A DNA stretch of 63,448 bases, counting the filler, from Phoronis australis (lineage: Eukaryota > Animalia > Phoronida): NCBI GenBank assembly GCA_002633005.1. It is 5 parts of 5 records of this genome, joined end to end, with 100 filler letters (N's around TTAATTAATTAA, not from the genome) between each part and the next. Parts side by side here need not be neighbours in the genome. Positions count along the whole stretch, not along the records: positions 55,918 to 62,110 come from NMRA01000215.1; positions 62,211 to 63,448 come from NMRA01001913.1; 3 more parts are not named here. One strand, written 5' to 3'. Position numbers and translations under genes: made by a program. The notes beneath the pieces were generated by a model, which made no database searches, had not been told where the DNA came from, and saw only the letters and a program-made list of their open reading frames with translations. Numbering within the stretch: position 1 is the first letter of the stretch; each line of letters opens with the position of its first letter. Below are positions 59,061 to 63,448 of this stretch, piece by piece.

Positions 59061-62000
59061 CTAGTAGTAATACACTTTATTCACTTTAAGTCAAAAAACA
59101 AAAAATACAGTTGATACAGATTTACGCTTATGGAGACTCCGTGAAGGACCCGAGAGGTCCGCTGACCATGGAGCCACCAGAGAATAAGAAAGAAAAAATA
59201 CAGCGTTACAGATAAGCCGAACTATAAAAATTAGATGATAATGTACTTTAAAACTACTTGTGTAAAGACCGGGAGAGATTATCGAAAATAGTTACACACA
59301 AAGCAGTTGGGAATAGTGCACTCAAGCTCATAATTTTCAAAACAAACATTCTTAAAATAATTTATAACAGAGGACAACGAATGGGTAAAAAGTTTTTGGG
59401 AGACACTTTCAGGAAGGTTATTAATGATATGAGGTAGCGCATTTCGAACTGAATCTTCAGCAAATGATTTAGTACAACGGTGAGTATGTAAAAGATGTCG
59501 TTGCCTAGTGTAATGTTCATGAACAGACCCACGAGTTATTAAATTGAACGTGTTAAAAATGAAGGTGAGTAATTTTGAACATATGTGTAGGAAAAATTAA
59601 TTATAGCAACAACATACAAGTCCTTTATTTTGAGTATCTGTGTAGTCTTAAATAAAGGATCTGTATGGGCATTAAAATGACTAGAGGTAATATTGCGAAA
59701 ACTCTTTTTCTATAATTTGAATATTCTATGATGTTCACACCCCCATAGCAGAATGCCATAATTAAAATGAGGAAGGACAAGACCATTATANTCTGCATGT
59801 AGCAGCGGAGTCACGATCTAAAAAAGACATGTGTGAGATACTTGAAGAATGAATAGGTAGGGAGTGTGAGGCAATATTACTAAAATAATTATTAAAATGA
59901 TTAACAATCTCACCCTCGTCACAAACCATTTCATCATTTATCTTCAATCTAGTAGGATTATTCGATAAGACGTTTCTATTAAGTAAATTATTAATTTCTT
60001 TCCAAGTGTCCTTGGGAGAACCAGCATGTGCCCGAAACTGATTGTGATAATAAAGTCTCTTAGCCCTTTTCAAAACTTTTTTAAAATAATGCTATAGGTA
60101 TTAGGTTTGTTTTTAATGAGACAAAATTAATAGCGCTTTGAGAGGATGACTTGAGTCGTTTATAAAGCCTGTCTCTAAACCTAAGAGAGTTTAAAATACC
60201 TTGGGGGATCCAAAAAATTATTCTTTTTGTGCTTATATTTATTGAATCTTACTTTTCTTACTGTATTGAACTTATTTAAACAAGCAAGAACAGAGTCCTG
60301 AAGTAAATTGTAATTCATATTGGGATCACCATTCAAATTTGTATCCATGTGAGAAAGTACATTGTACATTGTATGACGAAAATTCATCACACACCCTTTT
60401 CAAACAATCGTCATTAATGACATCTCAGTAAGCAAATTTGGGAGCTCTCGCCTTTTTTAATGTTCTCTTAAAACAAGAGAAAATAGGTAAATGATCAGAG
60501 ATATTAGAAAAATAGATCCCGGAAACTGGATCAATGTTAGAACAGCTTTTAAAGTTGTAGAAAATGTTGTCAATAAGTGAAGCAGAAAACTCAGAGAAAC
60601 GAGTGGGAAAGGTAATGGTTGGAGAAAAACCATTTAATGACACAGTGTTGTAGAATTCTCCAAACAAGGGCCTCTCATCCACTTTTAAGATATTGATATT
60701 AAAATCACATGCCAACATGACATGAGAGTTGGTTTGCTCAAGTTTATTAACCAATGGATTAAAATCATCTAGAAATATTCGTATGTTTAAATTGTCATTC
60801 TCTTTGGGAGGTTTATAAATATTGCCAACAATAACATTTTTCCTGTGAATGATCCCAACTAAGGTCACAAATAGTGACTCAAAAACTGTAGAATCACTTT
60901 TAATTTTGGAGGTTTTATACTCCAATGTGGTTACTGCCCATTACTCCAAAAATACTCCGAAAANAAATTGTCATTTTCTTTGGGAGGTTTATAAATATTG
61001 CCAACAATAACATTTTTCCTATGAATGGTCCCAACTAAGGTTACAAATAGTGACTTAAAAACTGTAGAACCACTTTTAATTTTGGAGGGTTTATACTCCA
61101 ATGAATTGTGGATGTAAATAATAAGGCCACCATGGCCACAACATTTCTTACCCCGGGAAACACAAGAGTAATTATCAATTTGAAACAATGACAGGTCAGC
61201 ATCATCATCAAGCCAAGTTTCCTGCAAACAAATTACACTAAAATGAAAATTCAACTGGGACAGTTGACGGAGAAACAGGAACAGGCCATCAAACTTAGCT
61301 CGGATAGTTTGTATGTTTAAACATAACATACAAAAGTCATCTTTGTGTTTAAGAGCAAAAGCTCTGAATGAATCACTATCATAATAGGGAGAGGACTTGA
61401 GTGCACCAGACCCAATCTCATCATTTTTATCACCAAGCAAATGAACAAAACTATTGACATTAATACCACCAAAGTTATTTAACATATCCATGTAGTGTAA
61501 TAAAGTGTATACTGCAACGAAAATAAAGATAAGTGGCAAAACAACAACACTGATAGGTGTCTACGTGACACTAGCAGTGGATGGAAATTTTCCCCGGGGG
61601 AGAATCATAATACAACAGAGTGGGCGGGCCAATGAAAGATGTCAGAGAGCCAACTGTGCATGTGGACCGAGCTTACCCAGCAGGAGATCAAACACCCAGT
61701 TCAAACAACTAATACAAGCGAAATGCGACAGTGATTGACAGCTCTATAAGCAGAATATGTAAAGTAGGAAACAATGTAACAATAAACTCACGCAGGTTCA
61801 TGAAACCCTGCAACTCATGATAAGACTAGGAAACACTAGAATTCACCACCCGTGGCAGAGTATTGTAAATGTGAGACCACTAGGCCTAACAGTAGAATGA
61901 ATTCAAACTATCCAAGAGTAGAAACTATAGCTCACTCAAGTCTGACAGATCCTTGACACAGGTTACCGAGTTGTCAAGACGTTTAATAAAAACTTTACCC

Positions 62001-62110
62001 ACAAATGTCCAGCAGCTCAGAACAGACTTTCGCTTGACTAAATCGCGGCATTTCCTGAAAACCTGCGCTCTTTTTGGGGTTAAGTTCTCGTTCACAAACA
62101 AAGGCTTGTC
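59061..62110 (-). mobile_element. Degenerate L2/CR1-group (Crack/Daphne-like) LINE: ORF1 C-terminus, APE endonuclease, post-RT region and 3' end
   Basis: ORF1 end at 61925-62110: DKPLFVNENLTPKRAQVFRKCRDLVKRKSVLSCWTFVGKVFIK. ORF2 motifs SPYYD, LNIQTI, ICLQETWL, GGLIIY, NIYKPP, DFNIN, SLIDNIF, ISDHLPIF, YNGLVLPHFNYGILLWG. 3' stem-loop, AATAAA and a short (TAC)n tail. Confidence 0.9.
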
Positions 62111-63448
62111 NNNNNNNNNNNNNNNNNNNNNNNNNNNNNNNNNNNNNNNNNNNNTTAATTAATTAANNNNNNNNNNNNNNNNNNNNNNNNNNNNNNNNNN
62201 NNNNNNNNNNGGGAGGGGAAGGGAAGGGGAGAGAGATGGAGATAGAGTAAAATGATGGCCACCATTGAAGGATTGAATATTAAGGCTAAAATGTTGGATG
62301 GGAGAAAATTCGGGGTTTGTGTCGCAGTATAGAATGATTTCTTGGGGGGGTTGCATTACACATGGCGGCACAGATTAATTATCTATTTGTAGTGCTTGAA
62401 AGTTCAACCCCAAGGATAAGTTTGTTATTTATTTCAAAAACGTTTTCCACAGGGGTTGACCATAAATCCCGACTATTTGAAAGTCAAGAACATATGTTCC
62501 CTGTTTCTCAAGATAAACACCATGAATACTGTACATTAAAAGCCTCAACTAGTCTTTCATTCATGGGAACTCTAACAAGATAACAGCAAACTATTTTACT
62601 TTCAACCTCATGTAGAACCATCTTTGAAAAACATTGTTTTGGTTCATGTTTGGGGGTGCTTTTTAAATTAATATGCTAAGTTACCATCCTTAATTGTACA
62701 AGGAATGGATGAACTGAAGTTCATTGATTGTTTCGAGGGGAAGATTCCTCGACCTTAACTTGATTTTCCAGCTCAGAGTTTGTGATTTCAGCTTGATTTA
62801 ACTCATAATGATGCACAACTTCACCAGTTTGGTTTTTCTCACATGACCTGGTTAATAACATCGAGTACGTATTCTTTTGATATTACATGGGCGAATCACA
62901 AAGTAGTGCAAAGTAGAAATCCATATGTGTTAATTCAATCGTCTGCAAAACACTAAAACAACCAAACACGCCAACCAAACAATGCTGGAGTTCCAAGAAG
63001 GTGACAAAGTTATGATTGACAAATCGGGTGTCACAACTGTATGTACTCCCAGTCGGAAGGACATGCAAACAACTTCTTAAACAGACCCATCTTCAGCAGT
63101 GAATTCCATATCCACGCTCATTCAAACGGAGATGAGCCAGGCCTTTATGCAGCGTAGGTCTTGGGTGTCCATTTGGACGCCCTAGCACTAATCTGGAGGC
63201 CCTGGCAAGGACGCCCACTCACACATTGTAATGAACGCTAGGAAGCCTCTGAAGGCTCACAGTGGGGGCTCTTTTTTCAAAGCAGGAAGAAATATACAAT
63301 GCACATACAAAGTATGTGCATTGTTGCTATTTTGACACTTGATTGACAGCATTGTAAAAGTCTTGGTCTACACAGTTTTTTTAGTAAAAATGCTCACCAT
63401 AGAAGGCTGTTTCATAAACTTAGATATAAAAACCTTGATCTATGCATT

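Noticed and set aside
60786-61103. Internal ~140-bp duplication in the LINE endonuclease
   Set aside because: It is centred on a single N with a few differences, most likely two haplotypes or an overlap joined by the assembler.
62940-63040. MLEFQEGDKVMIDKSG resembling a Gypsy integrase C-terminal segment
   Set aside because: Too short, with no other retroelement motifs or LTRs nearby.

Overview
Eukaryotic, intron-containing, AT-rich metazoan (invertebrate-type) scaffold. It is split into five pieces by 100-bp spacers (N44-TTAATTAATTAA-N44), so adjacency across those spacers is not guaranteed. (1) 1-18.4 kb: minus-strand RANBP2/Nup358-like region (one Ran-binding domain exon, RanBP2-type zinc-finger exons, FG-rich exons). 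It is amplified as tandem, mostly phase-1 exon modules, is partly decayed, is interleaved with two non-autonomous DNA-transposon families, and has minisatellites built from splice-acceptor sites. (2) 18.5-41.3 kb: TE-rich. It holds a TTAA-flanked Kolobok-like element with a KolX-like remnant, an orphan ankyrin-like exon, and a CR1-group LINE whose ORF2 carries a virus-like 2A StopGo motif (AGDVEENPGP). That LINE is split by a 5.8-kb CCC-ended, 2-bp-TSD CACTA-like element with palindromic subterminal arrays and a possible spliced cargo unit. (3) 41.4-55.8 kb: intronless-CDS LARP6 (+) convergent with cyclophilin B/PPIB (-; exons 2-5). (4) 55.9-62.1 kb: a 10-bp satellite and a degenerate L2/CR1-group LINE. 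(5) 62.2-63.4 kb: nothing confidently called. No rRNA, tRNA or CRISPR was found. All coordinates were counted by eye and may be off by a few bases; no database searches were run.
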